Shown: positions 40,754 through 50,054, counted from the stretch's first letter. The stretch: 64,000 nt of DNA from an uncultured Candidatus Saccharibacteria bacterium (GCA_964431915.1 CAYSLI010000001.1:111240-175239); one strand, 5' to 3'. Made by a program: numbers and translations. Notes: a model not told the origin generated them from the letters alone.

Positions 40754-40835
40754 CTGTTCCTTATCCTACGATTGTATTTGACGGATTCCATATTCTTTAC
40801 CTTCGATGTTAAAGTATACAAAATGTCCATCAGCA

Positions 40836-40906
40836 AGCGGGTGAGGGGAGTCGAACCCCTCTCATCAGATTGGAAATCTGAGGTAATACCGATATACGAC
40901 ACCCGC
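40836..40906 (-). tRNA. tRNA-Gly (TCC)
   Basis: Acceptor GCGGGTG/CACCCGC, discriminator T, anticodon stem TCAGA/TCTGA, loop TTTCCAA. Confidence 0.85.
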
Positions 40907-40985
40907 AACGTAATAATTTACGATTCGTAAATTAAACACTGCTGAAACGTGTAAATTTTCATTGAAAATTTATTACGTTTCGCAT

Positions 40986-41056
40986 TCGGGGTGCCGAGAT
41001 TCGAACTCGGGCTAAATCTTCCCAAAAGACTCGTGCTACCATTACACCACACCCCG
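40986..41056 (-). tRNA. tRNA-Pro (TGG)
   Basis: Acceptor CGGGGTG/CACCCCG, anticodon loop TTTGGGA. Confidence 0.8.
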
Positions 41057-41109
41057 TATTTTATAATCTAAATCTATCATATTTTCACTTGTTTTTCAAA
41101 TATGCTACA

Positions 41110-42108
41110 ATGGAGTTAGTGAACTTCAAGAAAGTTTTAAGCCAATTAAGTATCCTCGCTCAGTGCAGACGCTATGGCCTTTCTCTTTGGCAGTGTCCCC
41201 AATTTCTTTTTTTAATAATGGGAATAATTATTATTGGAACAGCCGTTATTGCCTATGCCATAGGTAACCGCTATATTGAAGATCCTACCCTAATATCTTT
41301 GATTATACTTTTATTAACCGCGATTTTGCTTATTATTACTTTTATTATAATTCAGGGCTTTGAGAGGTTGGCTGAGGCAAATAGAATGAAATCAGAGTTT
41401 ATCAGTGTGGTTTCTCATCAATTAAGAAGTCCCCTCTCTAATTTAAGATGGGCGATTGAGCTTTTAATGTCGGGCAGAATTGGCAAGATTGAGGAAAAAC
41501 AAACAGAATACTTTAAGATTTTAAAAGAAAATAATAGTCGGATGGAGGAGTTAGTCTCAGATTTATTAACGGTTTCAAGAATTGAACAAAGAACTCTCCC
41601 CTTAAAAAAGCGAGAGTTTTCTTTAGAGAATTTAATAAAAAATTTAATCTTAGAATTTAAACCTCTTATTCAGGCCTCAAATGTTGAGGTAAAATTCAAG
41701 AGTGAGGAGGATTTACCAGAGATTCTTGCTGACCCCTCTCAAATTAGATTAGTAATTGGAAATCTCTTAGACAATGCCATTCGTTATATTCCTGCCCGCC
41801 AGTCGCCTGGGGCCGACAGACCGATTGCAGGCGGGAAAGATAAAGGTGAAGTTAGAATAAAACTTGAAAAGAAAGGGGGGAAACTTTATTTTGAAATTGC
41901 AGATAATGGTGTAGGTATTCCTAAAGAAGATAAAAAATATATTTTCCAAAAATTTTTCCGTTCAAAAAATGTCTTGAAATATCAAACCCAGGGATCAGGA
42001 TTGGGTCTTTATATTACCAAAGCCATTGTTGAAAAATCAGGGGGGAAAATTGGATTTTCAAGCCAAGAGGGAGTTGGGTCGACCTTTTGGTTTTCTTTGC
42101 CCTGTTAA
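41110..42108 (+). CDS. Sensor histidine kinase
   Basis: Two TM segments, HisKA 'FISVVSHQLRSPL', N-box 'LLDNAIRY', G-boxes 'DNGVGIP' and 'GSGLGL'. ATG at 41110. Confidence 0.85.
   Translation: MELVNFKKVLSQLSILAQCRRYGLSLWQCPQFLFLIMGIIIIGTAVIAYAIGNRYIEDPTLISLIILLLTAILLIITFIIIQGFERLAEANRMKSEFISVVSHQLRSPLSNLRWAIELLMSGRIGKIEEKQTEYFKILKENNSRMEELVSDLLTVSRIEQRTLPLKKREFSLENLIKNLILEFKPLIQASNVEVKFKSEEDLPEILADPSQIRLVIGNLLDNAIRYIPARQSPGADRPIAGGKDKGEVRIKLEKKGGKLYFEIADNGVGIPKEDKKYIFQKFFRSKNVLKYQTQGSGLGLYITKAIVEKSGGKIGFSSQEGVGSTFWFSLPC
41792..41836. repeat. GC-rich hairpin insertion inside the kinase ATPase domain
   Basis: The cccgcc...ggcggg stem encloses 'agtcgcctggggccgacagaccgattgca'. The insert encodes 'ARQSPGADRPIAGG' between the N-box and the G1-box. 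Confidence 0.6.
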
Positions 42109-42156
42109 ATGCCGCTTTGCGGCAATTTCGCCAAAGGCGAAATTATTTAACAGGGC
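42099..42156 (+). ncRNA. 58-nt perfect three-way-junction hairpin element overlapping the kinase stop codon
   Basis: The outer 12-bp stem is gccctgttaaat/atttaacagggc. The inner hairpins are gccgc-ttt-gcggc and aatttcgcc-aaa-ggcgaaatt, with no unpaired linker. Confidence 0.5.
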
Positions 42157-42179
42157 GAACCAATAAAATAATTAAAATT

Positions 42180-42548
42180 ATGAAGAAGATACTTTTCATA
42201 GAAGACGAATCTGCACTCCAAAAAACCTTTGGAGAAATTTTAAGCCAAGAGGGTTATGAAATGATTCCAGCCTTAGACGGACAAACAGGGCTGAAAATGG
42301 CTAAGACTAAAAAACCCGACCTGATTTTGTTAGATTTAATTTTACCCAGAGTCCACGGTTTTGAGGTTTTAAAACAACTAAAAGAAGACTCTGAAACAAA
42401 AGAAATTCCAGTTATTATCTTGACCAATCTTGAAGAAATAGGAGATGTTGATAAAGCAATTGGGCTGGGAGCGACCACTTATTTAGTGAAAGCCCAATAC
42501 ACCTTGGAAGAAGTTTTAGAAAAAATTAAGAAAGCCCTTGGTAAATAG
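42180..42548 (+). CDS. Single-domain response regulator (CheY-like receiver)
   Basis: 'KKILFIEDE', 'DLILLDLILP', 'PVIILT' and 'YLVK'. ATG at 42180. Confidence 0.85.
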   Translation: MKKILFIEDESALQKTFGEILSQEGYEMIPALDGQTGLKMAKTKKPDLILLDLILPRVHGFEVLKQLKEDSETKEIPVIILTNLEEIGDVDKAIGLGATTYLVKAQYTLEEVLEKIKKALGK

Positions 42549-42560
42549 TTTACAACTGAA

Positions 42561-44309
42561 ATGAGGGTTGAGCTCCAACAACTAAAAGCTTTTCTCCTGG
42601 ATGCTGGTTTAGTTACTAAAGACCAGTTTGAGAAAGCCCTAAAAAAAGCAGAAAAAACCGGCCAGAAAGTCGGAGATGTTTTAGTTTCAGATGGTTTAAT
42701 TACCCAAGAAGAGCTAATTAAACTCGAAGCCTATATTTTAGGAATTCCTTTTATAAACTTAGAAAAAGAAAAAATCTCGCCAGAAGTTCTAAAATTTATT
42801 CCTGAACCAATTGCCAGAAGTCATAATATTATTGCCTTTAGAAAAAAGGGAAATAATTTAGAAGTGGCTATGCTTGACCCGGAAGATTTAAGAACCATTG
42901 AATTTGTTAAAAAGACAGCAAATTTAAAAATTCTGCCAAGGCTGACTACTCCAGATTCTATTAAAAATGTTTTAAATCAATACCAAAAAAGCCTCGAGGC
43001 TGAATTCGGGGAAATTATCAAAAAGGAAGCCGGGGTTATTAAACCGATAAAGGAAGAGGAAGTAGTTGAGGAGAAAGAAGAACTTTTGAAAGCAGCCGAA
43101 GAACTACCAGTGGTTAGGATTGTCGATACTTTAATGAAGCACGCAATTTTACAGCGAGCTTCTGATATCCATATAGAACCCCTGGAAAAAGAAGTTATAG
43201 TCCGCTATCGAATCGATGGTATTTTACATGATGCCATGACTCTTCCTAAACAAGTTAGCTCAGGAATTGTAGCCAGAATAAAAGTTCTCTCTAATTTAAA
43301 GTTAGACGAGCATCGACTTCCCCAGGATGGTCGTTTTAAGATAGAAACCGAGGATTACAGATACTCGATTAGAGTTTCGGTTTTGCCAGTTTTTGACGGA
43401 GAAAAAATTGTTATGAGACTATTGCCTGAAACCGCCAAGGCTCTTACCTTAGAGGGATTAGGTTTAAGAGACGAAGCCTTAGAAAGAGTTCAGGATAATT
43501 TAAGAAAACCGGTAGGGATGATTCTTATTACCGGGCCAACCGGCTGCGGGAAAACCACCTCTTTGTATGCCATGATGGAAATTTTAAATGTTCCCGGGGT
43601 AAATATCTCGACTGTTGAAGACCCAATTGAATATCGAATGCCAAGAATTAACCAAACTCAGGTTAATTCAAAAATTGGTTTAACCTTTGCTTCAGGTCTT
43701 AGATCTTTGGTTCGTCAGGACCCAGATATTATTATGGTCGGAGAAATTAGGGATAAAGAAACTGCTGGTTTAGCTATTAATGCCGCTTTAACTGGCCATT
43801 TAGTCTTATCTACTTTGCATACTACCGATGCTGCCGGCGCCATCCCCAGATTAATCGATATGAAGACCGAGCCATTTTTGCTTTCCTCAACTCTTGAAAT
43901 TATTTTAGCCCAGAGACTGGTCAGAAAATTTTGTAAAGAAAAAACTAAGTACACTCTAAAAGAATCGGAACTAAAAAATTTGGAAAAATATTGCGATTTA
44001 GGCCGGATTCTAAAAATTTTGAAGGAAGAAAAATTAGTAAAAGCGAAAGCCAGTTTTAAGGAAATCGAATTTTATCGGCCAAAACCCACCAAGGAATGCC
44101 CGGAGGGTTATAGCGGCCGGATTGGGATTTTCGAAGTTTTAAATATTACTGAGACCATAAAAGAACTAATTGTTAAAGAAGCAACCTCTGATCAAATTCA
44201 GGCCCAGGCCCAAAAAGAAGGAATGAGAATAATGATTGAGGACGGGTTTATCAAAGCTGCCCAGGGAATAACCTCAATTGAAGAAGTCTTGAGGGTCATT
44301 ATTGAATAA
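42561..44309 (+). CDS. pilB: Type IV pilus assembly ATPase PilB/GspE family
   Basis: 582 aa with Walker A 'GPTGCGKTT', 'MVGEIRD' and the Asp/His boxes. Confidence 0.9.
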   Translation: MRVELQQLKAFLLDAGLVTKDQFEKALKKAEKTGQKVGDVLVSDGLITQEELIKLEAYILGIPFINLEKEKISPEVLKFIPEPIARSHNIIAFRKKGNNLEVAMLDPEDLRTIEFVKKTANLKILPRLTTPDSIKNVLNQYQKSLEAEFGEIIKKEAGVIKPIKEEEVVEEKEELLKAAEELPVVRIVDTLMKHAILQRASDIHIEPLEKEVIVRYRIDGILHDAMTLPKQVSSGIVARIKVLSNLKLDEHRLPQDGRFKIETEDYRYSIRVSVLPVFDGEKIVMRLLPETAKALTLEGLGLRDEALERVQDNLRKPVGMILITGPTGCGKTTSLYAMMEILNVPGVNISTVEDPIEYRMPRINQTQVNSKIGLTFASGLRSLVRQDPDIIMVGEIRDKETAGLAINAALTGHLVLSTLHTTDAAGAIPRLIDMKTEPFLLSSTLEIILAQRLVRKFCKEKTKYTLKESELKNLEKYCDLGRILKILKEEKLVKAKASFKEIEFYRPKPTKECPEGYSGRIGIFEVLNITETIKELIVKEATSDQIQAQAQKEGMRIMIEDGFIKAAQGITSIEEVLRVIIE

Positions 44310-45530
44310 ATGCCTAAATATTTCTTCACAGCCAAATCTCTAAAAGGAGAGCCAAAATCAGGAACTTTAGAAGCTAAAGACAAGTCAGAATTGGCCAGAG
44401 CCCTTCGTCAAGAAGGCTATGTTTTAATTTCGGCAAGTTTAGAAGGGGAAGAGATTAAAAGAAAAAAATTCAAAATCTCTTTGCCATTTTTAGGAAGGGT
44501 TTCCTTAACTGAGAAAATGATGTTTACCAGAAATTTACAGGTAATGATTGCAGCTGGTATTTCTTTGCCCAGGGCTCTAGGAATTTTAGCCCTACAGACA
44601 AAAAGTAAAAAATTCGAGAAGGCCCTATTTAATGTGTCCAAAGAGATAACCAGAGGAAAAAGTTTCTCTGACTCTTTACAAAAACACCCCGATATTTTCC
44701 CTGAGGTTTTTACTAGTATGGTAAAAGTTGGAGAAGAGGCTGGAACTCTGGAAGAAGTTTTAAAAACTTTAACTCAGCAGATGGAAAGAGAATATGAATT
44801 AAAATCAAAAATAAAAGGGGCAATGATTTATCCAGCCGTCATCATTTTCGCCATGCTCGGCATTGGATTTTTGATGTTAGTTATGGTTGTTCCCAGATTA
44901 GCAGAAACTTTTAGGGAGTTGAACGTTGAACTTCCTCCTACTACTAAATTGGTAATTTCCTTTGGCACTTTTTTAGCTGAAAAATGGTTTTTTGGTATTT
45001 TAATGGCCATTGGAATTTTCTTTGTCTTTCGGATAATTTTAAAAACAAAAAAAGGAAAGAGAATGATAGACTCTCTGTTTCTAAAAATTCCTATTATTTC
45101 TCCAATTATTAAAAAAACTAATTCTGCTTCCACCGTTAGGACCTTAAGCTCTCTTTTTGCCTCAGGAGTTCCCATTGTCAGGGCTTTGGAGATTGTTTCG
45201 GGATCCTTGGGGAATATTTATTTTCGAGAGGCAATGGCAGAATCTGCTGAAAAAGTCAGGAAAGGAAGTAAGCTTTCTGAAGCCCTAAAACCCTATCAAG
45301 ATATTTACCCTTCGATAATTATTCAGATGATTGAAGTTGGGGAAGAGACCGGGGAGACTTCAGACGTTTTGGGAAAACTGGCTGATTTTTTTGAGACTGA
45401 AGTAGGAAATGCTACTAAAAACTTATCAGCTGTAATAGAACCTATTTTGATGCTTATTATTGGGGCAGTGGTTGGCTTTTTTGCCATCTCAATGGTCCAG
45501 CCAATGTATTCAATGCTGGGGGCCATATGA
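44310..45530 (+). CDS. pilC: Type IV pilus platform protein PilC/GspF family
   Basis: 406 aa with two GspF-type repeats ('VKVGEEAGTLEEVL' and 'IEVGEETGETSDVL'). Confidence 0.9.
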   Translation: MPKYFFTAKSLKGEPKSGTLEAKDKSELARALRQEGYVLISASLEGEEIKRKKFKISLPFLGRVSLTEKMMFTRNLQVMIAAGISLPRALGILALQTKSKKFEKALFNVSKEITRGKSFSDSLQKHPDIFPEVFTSMVKVGEEAGTLEEVLKTLTQQMEREYELKSKIKGAMIYPAVIIFAMLGIGFLMLVMVVPRLAETFRELNVELPPTTKLVISFGTFLAEKWFFGILMAIGIFFVFRIILKTKKGKRMIDSLFLKIPIISPIIKKTNSASTVRTLSSLFASGVPIVRALEIVSGSLGNIYFREAMAESAEKVRKGSKLSEALKPYQDIYPSIIIQMIEVGEETGETSDVLGKLADFFETEVGNATKNLSAVIEPILMLIIGAVVGFFAISMVQPMYSMLGAI

Positions 45531-46879
45531 TCAAAAATCAAGAATCAAAAATCAAGAATCAAAAATCTTTTACTTTAATTGATGTTCTGGTTGGAACTTT
45601 TTTGATTTTGATTGTTTTTCTGGGAATTTTTGGCGCCTATCAGCTAAGTTTAAAAGTGGTCGGTCTTTCTAAAGCCAAGATTACTGCTACTGCCTTGGCT
45701 AATCAAAAAATCGAATTAGTCAGAAATTTGGCCTACAATGATGTTGGAACAATTGGCGGAATTCCCTCAGGAATCATTTCTCAGACAGAAACAGTAACTC
45801 AAAATAATATTAATTATACTGTAAAAACCACAATAGTTTATATTGATGACTCTTTTGATGGATTAGCTCCTGATGATACCTTGTCTTCAGATTATAAAAG
45901 AGTAAAAGTCAAAGTTTCCTGGCCGGGCAGATTTTTAGGAGAGATTGCTCTAATCACTGATGTGGTTCCCAAAGGAGTGGAATCAGAAATCGGAGGAGGA
46001 ACTCTATCTTTCACTGTTTTTGATGCTTCAGGAGTTGGAATTAGCCAGGCGAATTTACATATTATAAATAACCAAGTTATTCCAACTATTGACGCCTGGT
46101 ACCAAACTGATAGTTATGGAGATTTAATAATACCCGGTGCTCCCGCTTCCCTTGAGAGTTATCAAATTACGGCCAGCAAGACAGGATATAGCGCTGATAG
46201 AACCTATGGGAAAGAAGAGGTAGATAGTCCTTCAAAACCCCACGCCACTGTATTTGAGGGGCAGGTAACCAGCCTGAGTTTTAGTATTGATAAAGTAAGT
46301 TCAATGATAGTTGAAACCCGAGGAAGTAAAGGTCAGGGCTATCCACCTGTTCATAATGCCTTTTTTAGTTTAACCGGAGCAAAAATAATCGGCAATGATT
46401 CTGAAGGAAAGCCGGTATGTAAATATTCTCAAAATCATACTACCAATGGTCCGGCCAAAATAGAAATCTCTGGTTTAGAATGGGATTCTTATAGTTTTTA
46501 TGTGGATAAATCTGCTACTGGTTTAGATTTAATAAGTATTGAATCTCCACCAGGTACTGAAACTTCTCAGCCAGTAGATCTTTTGCCAGATAGCACCAAG
46601 GAGGTTCGATTAGTCTTAAAGGCGGAAAATACCCTTTTAGTTGGGGTAAAGGATTCCTCGAGCGGAAATCCTATTTTTGCTGCTTCAGTTAGGACTTACA
46701 ACACTTCTCTGGGATATGATCAAACTCAGCCAACTGATGAGATTGGTCAGACTTTTTTCATTCCTTTGGAGGCCGCCATTTATAATTTAGAAATAACTGC
46801 TACTGGCTATCAAAGTTATACGGGTCAGGTTTCGGTTTCTGGAACTACCACCGAGACAGTGAATTTAGTCGTCTTATGA
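45527..46879 (+). CDS. Large prepilin-type (pseudopilin-like) protein
   Basis: Prepilin N-terminal motif 'KSFTLIDVLVGTFLILIV'. 450 aa. The start overlaps the pilC stop. Confidence 0.7.
   Translation: MIKNQESKIKNQKSFTLIDVLVGTFLILIVFLGIFGAYQLSLKVVGLSKAKITATALANQKIELVRNLAYNDVGTIGGIPSGIISQTETVTQNNINYTVKTTIVYIDDSFDGLAPDDTLSSDYKRVKVKVSWPGRFLGEIALITDVVPKGVESEIGGGTLSFTVFDASGVGISQANLHIINNQVIPTIDAWYQTDSYGDLIIPGAPASLESYQITASKTGYSADRTYGKEEVDSPSKPHATVFEGQVTSLSFSIDKVSSMIVETRGSKGQGYPPVHNAFFSLTGAKIIGNDSEGKPVCKYSQNHTTNGPAKIEISGLEWDSYSFYVDKSATGLDLISIESPPGTETSQPVDLLPDSTKEVRLVLKAENTLLVGVKDSSSGNPIFAASVRTYNTSLGYDQTQPTDEIGQTFFIPLEAAIYNLEITATGYQSYTGQVSVSGTTTETVNLVVL
45530..45567 (+). repeat. 14-bp tandem repeat (atcaaaaatcaaga), 2.7 copies, immediately after the start codon
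   Basis: Units lie at 45530-45543 and 45544-45557, with a partial unit at 45558-45567. Confidence 0.9.
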
Positions 46880-47457
46880 AAAGAGCTTTTACTTTAATTG
46901 AAACTTTAGTGGCTATTTTTGTTTTTGCTCTGGCCATGGGAGCAGTTTTTGGATTGGTCACTCTTGGCTATCGAACCCAGAGTTATACTTTTCAGCAATC
47001 GACCGCTATTAATGAAACCAGAAGAGGAATTGAAATTATGGTTAGAGAAATAAGGGAGGCGAGAGGAGCAGATGATGGCTCCTATATTATTGAGAAAGCC
47101 GAGGATTTTGAATTTATTTTTTATTCAGATATTGACAAAGACAATGCCGTAGAAAGGGTAAGGTATTTTATTGAAGGAACTAATTTTAAAAAAGGGGTGA
47201 TAGATCCAAGTGGCTGGCCGATAAAGTATGATTTGAAGGAAGAGAAGCTTTTTATTTTATCGCAGTATGTCCAAAATCAGCCGCCAATTTTTAAATATTA
47301 TGATAGTCAGGGAATTGAACTTTCTCCACCAGCCAGATTAAAAGATACCAAATTAATGAGGGTTTATTTGGTTATTAATGTTGACCCAAATCGGCCTCCC
47401 CAGGATTTTGTTTTAGAATCAAGTGTCCAAATTAGAAATCTTAAAACCAATCTCTAA
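46876..47457 (+). CDS. Prepilin-type N-terminal cleavage/methylation domain protein (minor pilin-like)
   Basis: 'MKRAFTLIETLVAIFVFALAMG'. Confidence 0.75.
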   Translation: MKRAFTLIETLVAIFVFALAMGAVFGLVTLGYRTQSYTFQQSTAINETRRGIEIMVREIREARGADDGSYIIEKAEDFEFIFYSDIDKDNAVERVRYFIEGTNFKKGVIDPSGWPIKYDLKEEKLFILSQYVQNQPPIFKYYDSQGIELSPPARLKDTKLMRVYLVINVDPNRPPQDFVLESSVQIRNLKTNL

Positions 47458-47464
47458 GATATAT

Positions 47465-48850
47465 ATGAAAAGGGATATGAAAAATCAGAAAGGTACCATT
47501 ATAACTTTGGTTTTGGTATTTGGGGCAATTTTTATAATTTTGCTTGGCGGACTTCTAAGTTTTATTCTTTTGCAGTTAAGGCAATCTCAGCAAAAAGTTG
47601 CCTGGGAGGAGGCTCTTCAGGTTGCTGAAGCTGGAGTAAATTATAGCAGATGGCATCTTGCTCACGCCCCAAAAGATTTTAATTTCTCTGGAATCAAAGA
47701 TTTCAAAGACCCCGAAGGTGCTATCATTGGGAAATATCAATTGGAAATTGTTCCTCCCACTGGTTGCGATCAGGCAGTTAAAATTAAATCAATCGGCTGG
47801 AGATTAGATTTTCCTAATTTAGATAGAACCCTACAGGTAAAATATACCAAACCAGCCCTGGCTAAATATGGATTTTTAACTAATTCCAATGCCTGGTTTG
47901 GACCGGAAGAAGAATTGAAAGGTTCTTTCCATTCCAATGGCGGAATAAGAATGGATGGGGAACAAAATAGTTTGGCTACATCAGCTAAACAAACTTATAT
48001 TTGTGGGACTGAACATGGCTGCTCGCCTCCCGAAGAAAAACCAGGAATCTGGGGAGAAGGAGAGGGAGGTGAGGAAGGGTTATGGCAATTCCCGGTATCT
48101 AATATAGATTTCACCAGTATTACTCGGGATTTAGCTGAATTAAAAACCGCTGCCCAAAGTTCTGGAATTTATTTAGGGAGTTTCGACCCTGGTTATCATC
48201 TCAAGTTTTTGAGTAATGGAACATTCGACGTTTGTAAGATAGAGAGCTTGAAACCAAGGGTCTGGGGGCATGATGGAGAGGAATGGGTTTATGAATCAAA
48301 TGATATTTCAACCGAGGGGCTCTGTGAAAATTATACTTTACCTCCTGATTGTGCTCCCATTTTTATTGAAGCCAATACCTGGGTCCAAGGTGATGTCCTG
48401 GGAAGAGTAACAGTGGTGGCAGCTAAGCTCCCAGATATTCCTGGACAGGAAGCAAAAATTGTAATTTCAGGGGATATAAATTATGTCAGTCAAAATTCAG
48501 TTTTGGGATTAATTGGCCAAAAAGATATTTTAATTCCACTTTATTCTCCTGATAGATTAGAAATAAAGGCAGCCCTCCTAGCTCAAAAGGGTCATGTTTT
48601 CAGATATTATTATCCTAAATGGTCTCAGGAACCTTATAAGACCTATGCTATCAGAGATTATATCGAGACTTATGGTTCAATCATTACCAATACTATTTGG
48701 ACTTTTACTTGGGTGGACTCAGAAGGGGATGTAGTTTCAGGTTATGAAGAAACTGAAATGAGCTACAACCCCGATTTAACTTACAACCCCCCACCTTATT
48801 TTCCGGTTTCTGGAGAATATGAAATTATTGGCTGGGAGGAAATACAATAA
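47465..48850 (+). CDS. Pilus-associated large protein with an N-terminal TM (PilX-like N-terminus)
   Basis: ATG at 47465 gives 'KGTIITLVLVFGAIFIILLGGLL'. The pilus assignment rests on operon context. Confidence 0.5.
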   Translation: MKRDMKNQKGTIITLVLVFGAIFIILLGGLLSFILLQLRQSQQKVAWEEALQVAEAGVNYSRWHLAHAPKDFNFSGIKDFKDPEGAIIGKYQLEIVPPTGCDQAVKIKSIGWRLDFPNLDRTLQVKYTKPALAKYGFLTNSNAWFGPEEELKGSFHSNGGIRMDGEQNSLATSAKQTYICGTEHGCSPPEEKPGIWGEGEGGEEGLWQFPVSNIDFTSITRDLAELKTAAQSSGIYLGSFDPGYHLKFLSNGTFDVCKIESLKPRVWGHDGEEWVYESNDISTEGLCENYTLPPDCAPIFIEANTWVQGDVLGRVTVVAAKLPDIPGQEAKIVISGDINYVSQNSVLGLIGQKDILIPLYSPDRLEIKAALLAQKGHVFRYYYPKWSQEPYKTYAIRDYIETYGSIITNTIWTFTWVDSEGDVVSGYEETEMSYNPDLTYNPPPYFPVSGEYEIIGWEEIQ

Positions 48851-48890
48851 AAATTTCCAATTTCCAATTCCTGTAATATAATTGAATTAG

Positions 48891-49988
48891 ATGCTCAATT
48901 TCCTTAATTTAAAACCGGAGGCATTTGGGATGGATATTTCTGACTTGTCTCTAAAAATCATCAAACTCAAAAAAAAGCGAGGAGTTTTAGGTTTGGCTTC
49001 TTTTGGAGAGGTAAAGATTAAATCAGGAATAATCGAAGAGGGAGAAATTAAAGACGAAGAAGCTCTGGCAAAAATTATTAGAGAAGCAATTTTAAAAGTA
49101 AAAGGGGAAAAATTGAAAACAAAATATCTAGTTTGTTCTCTGCCTGAAGAAAAAGCCTTTTTACAGGTAATTCAGATGCCCAAAATGACAGGAGAGGAGT
49201 TAAAAAAGGCAGTCAGGTTTGAAGCGGAAAATTACATTCCTCTACCTGTTGAAGAAACTTATTTAGACTTCCAAATAGTTCAGCCTTTCTACAATCATCT
49301 CGACCACCTTGATGTTTTAATTGCTGCTTTACCCAAAAAAACAATAGATCCTTATGTAGTTTCAATTAAAAAAGCTGGTTTTATTCCCAAAGTCTTAGAA
49401 ATTGAATCTCAGTCAATCTCTCGGGCTTTGGTAAAAAATGAAGTAAGTCCTTTCTCTATTCTTCTAATTGACATAGGAATTAGCAGAACCAGTTTCATCA
49501 TTTTTTCTGGCCATTCTTTAAGGTTTACCTCATCTATCCCAATTACCTCTCAAAAATTAACTGAAGCCATTTCCAAGAGTTTAGGAGTTGATTCAGCCGA
49601 GGCAGAAAAACTAAAAGTAAAGTATGGTATTCAAGCTGATAGAGGGAATATCGGAAAAGAAATTTCCGAAGCATTAATTCCTGCCCTGACCGATTTAATA
49701 GAACAAGTTAAAACTCATCTTAGATATTATCAAACTCATACTTTCCATGAGCATCTTCCTCCTGGTGGTGAGAGGGTAGAAAAGATTTTCCTTTGTGGAG
49801 GAGGAGCTAACCTTAAAGGATTAGATGATTTTCTTTCTTCGGAATTAAAAATTCCCGTAGAGCTCGGCAATCCCTGGATAAATATTTTACCAAGACCTTT
49901 AAAAGAGGTGCCAGAGCTGCCCTATGAGAAATCGCTAAGATATACAACGGCCTTGGGATTGGCTTTAAGAGGAATCAAAGAAAAATAA
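48891..49988 (+). CDS. pilM: Type IV pilus assembly protein PilM
   Basis: 365 aa with an actin-like ATPase pattern and 'IFLCGGGANLKGL'. Confidence 0.8.
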   Translation: MLNFLNLKPEAFGMDISDLSLKIIKLKKKRGVLGLASFGEVKIKSGIIEEGEIKDEEALAKIIREAILKVKGEKLKTKYLVCSLPEEKAFLQVIQMPKMTGEELKKAVRFEAENYIPLPVEETYLDFQIVQPFYNHLDHLDVLIAALPKKTIDPYVVSIKKAGFIPKVLEIESQSISRALVKNEVSPFSILLIDIGISRTSFIIFSGHSLRFTSSIPITSQKLTEAISKSLGVDSAEAEKLKVKYGIQADRGNIGKEISEALIPALTDLIEQVKTHLRYYQTHTFHEHLPPGGERVEKIFLCGGGANLKGLDDFLSSELKIPVELGNPWINILPRPLKEVPELPYEKSLRYTTALGLALRGIKEK

Positions 49989-50054
49989 TCTTCAATAAAT
50001 GTTCAATGAATTTTCAATTCATTTCACCTCTCATAAATCTTTAGATTTATTTCG

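Noticed and set aside
37483-40835. A classical integrase-mediated genomic island at tRNA-Gly.
   Set aside because: I found no integrase or recombinase gene and no convincing direct repeat of the tRNA 3' end at the far boundary. Only the compositional anomaly of 39975-40835 is retained, as a weak finding.
40478-40930. A 150-aa plus-strand ORF.
   Set aside because: It overlaps tRNA-Gly on the opposite strand and the GC-rich non-coding stretch. It has no motif and is most likely spurious.
44310-45530. An alternative genetic code (UGA as sense), as in some CPR lineages.
   Set aside because: Long housekeeping ORFs are intact under the standard code. UGA terminates well-supported genes: pilC ends at the TGA at 45528-45530 and rplS at the TGA at 58646-58648.
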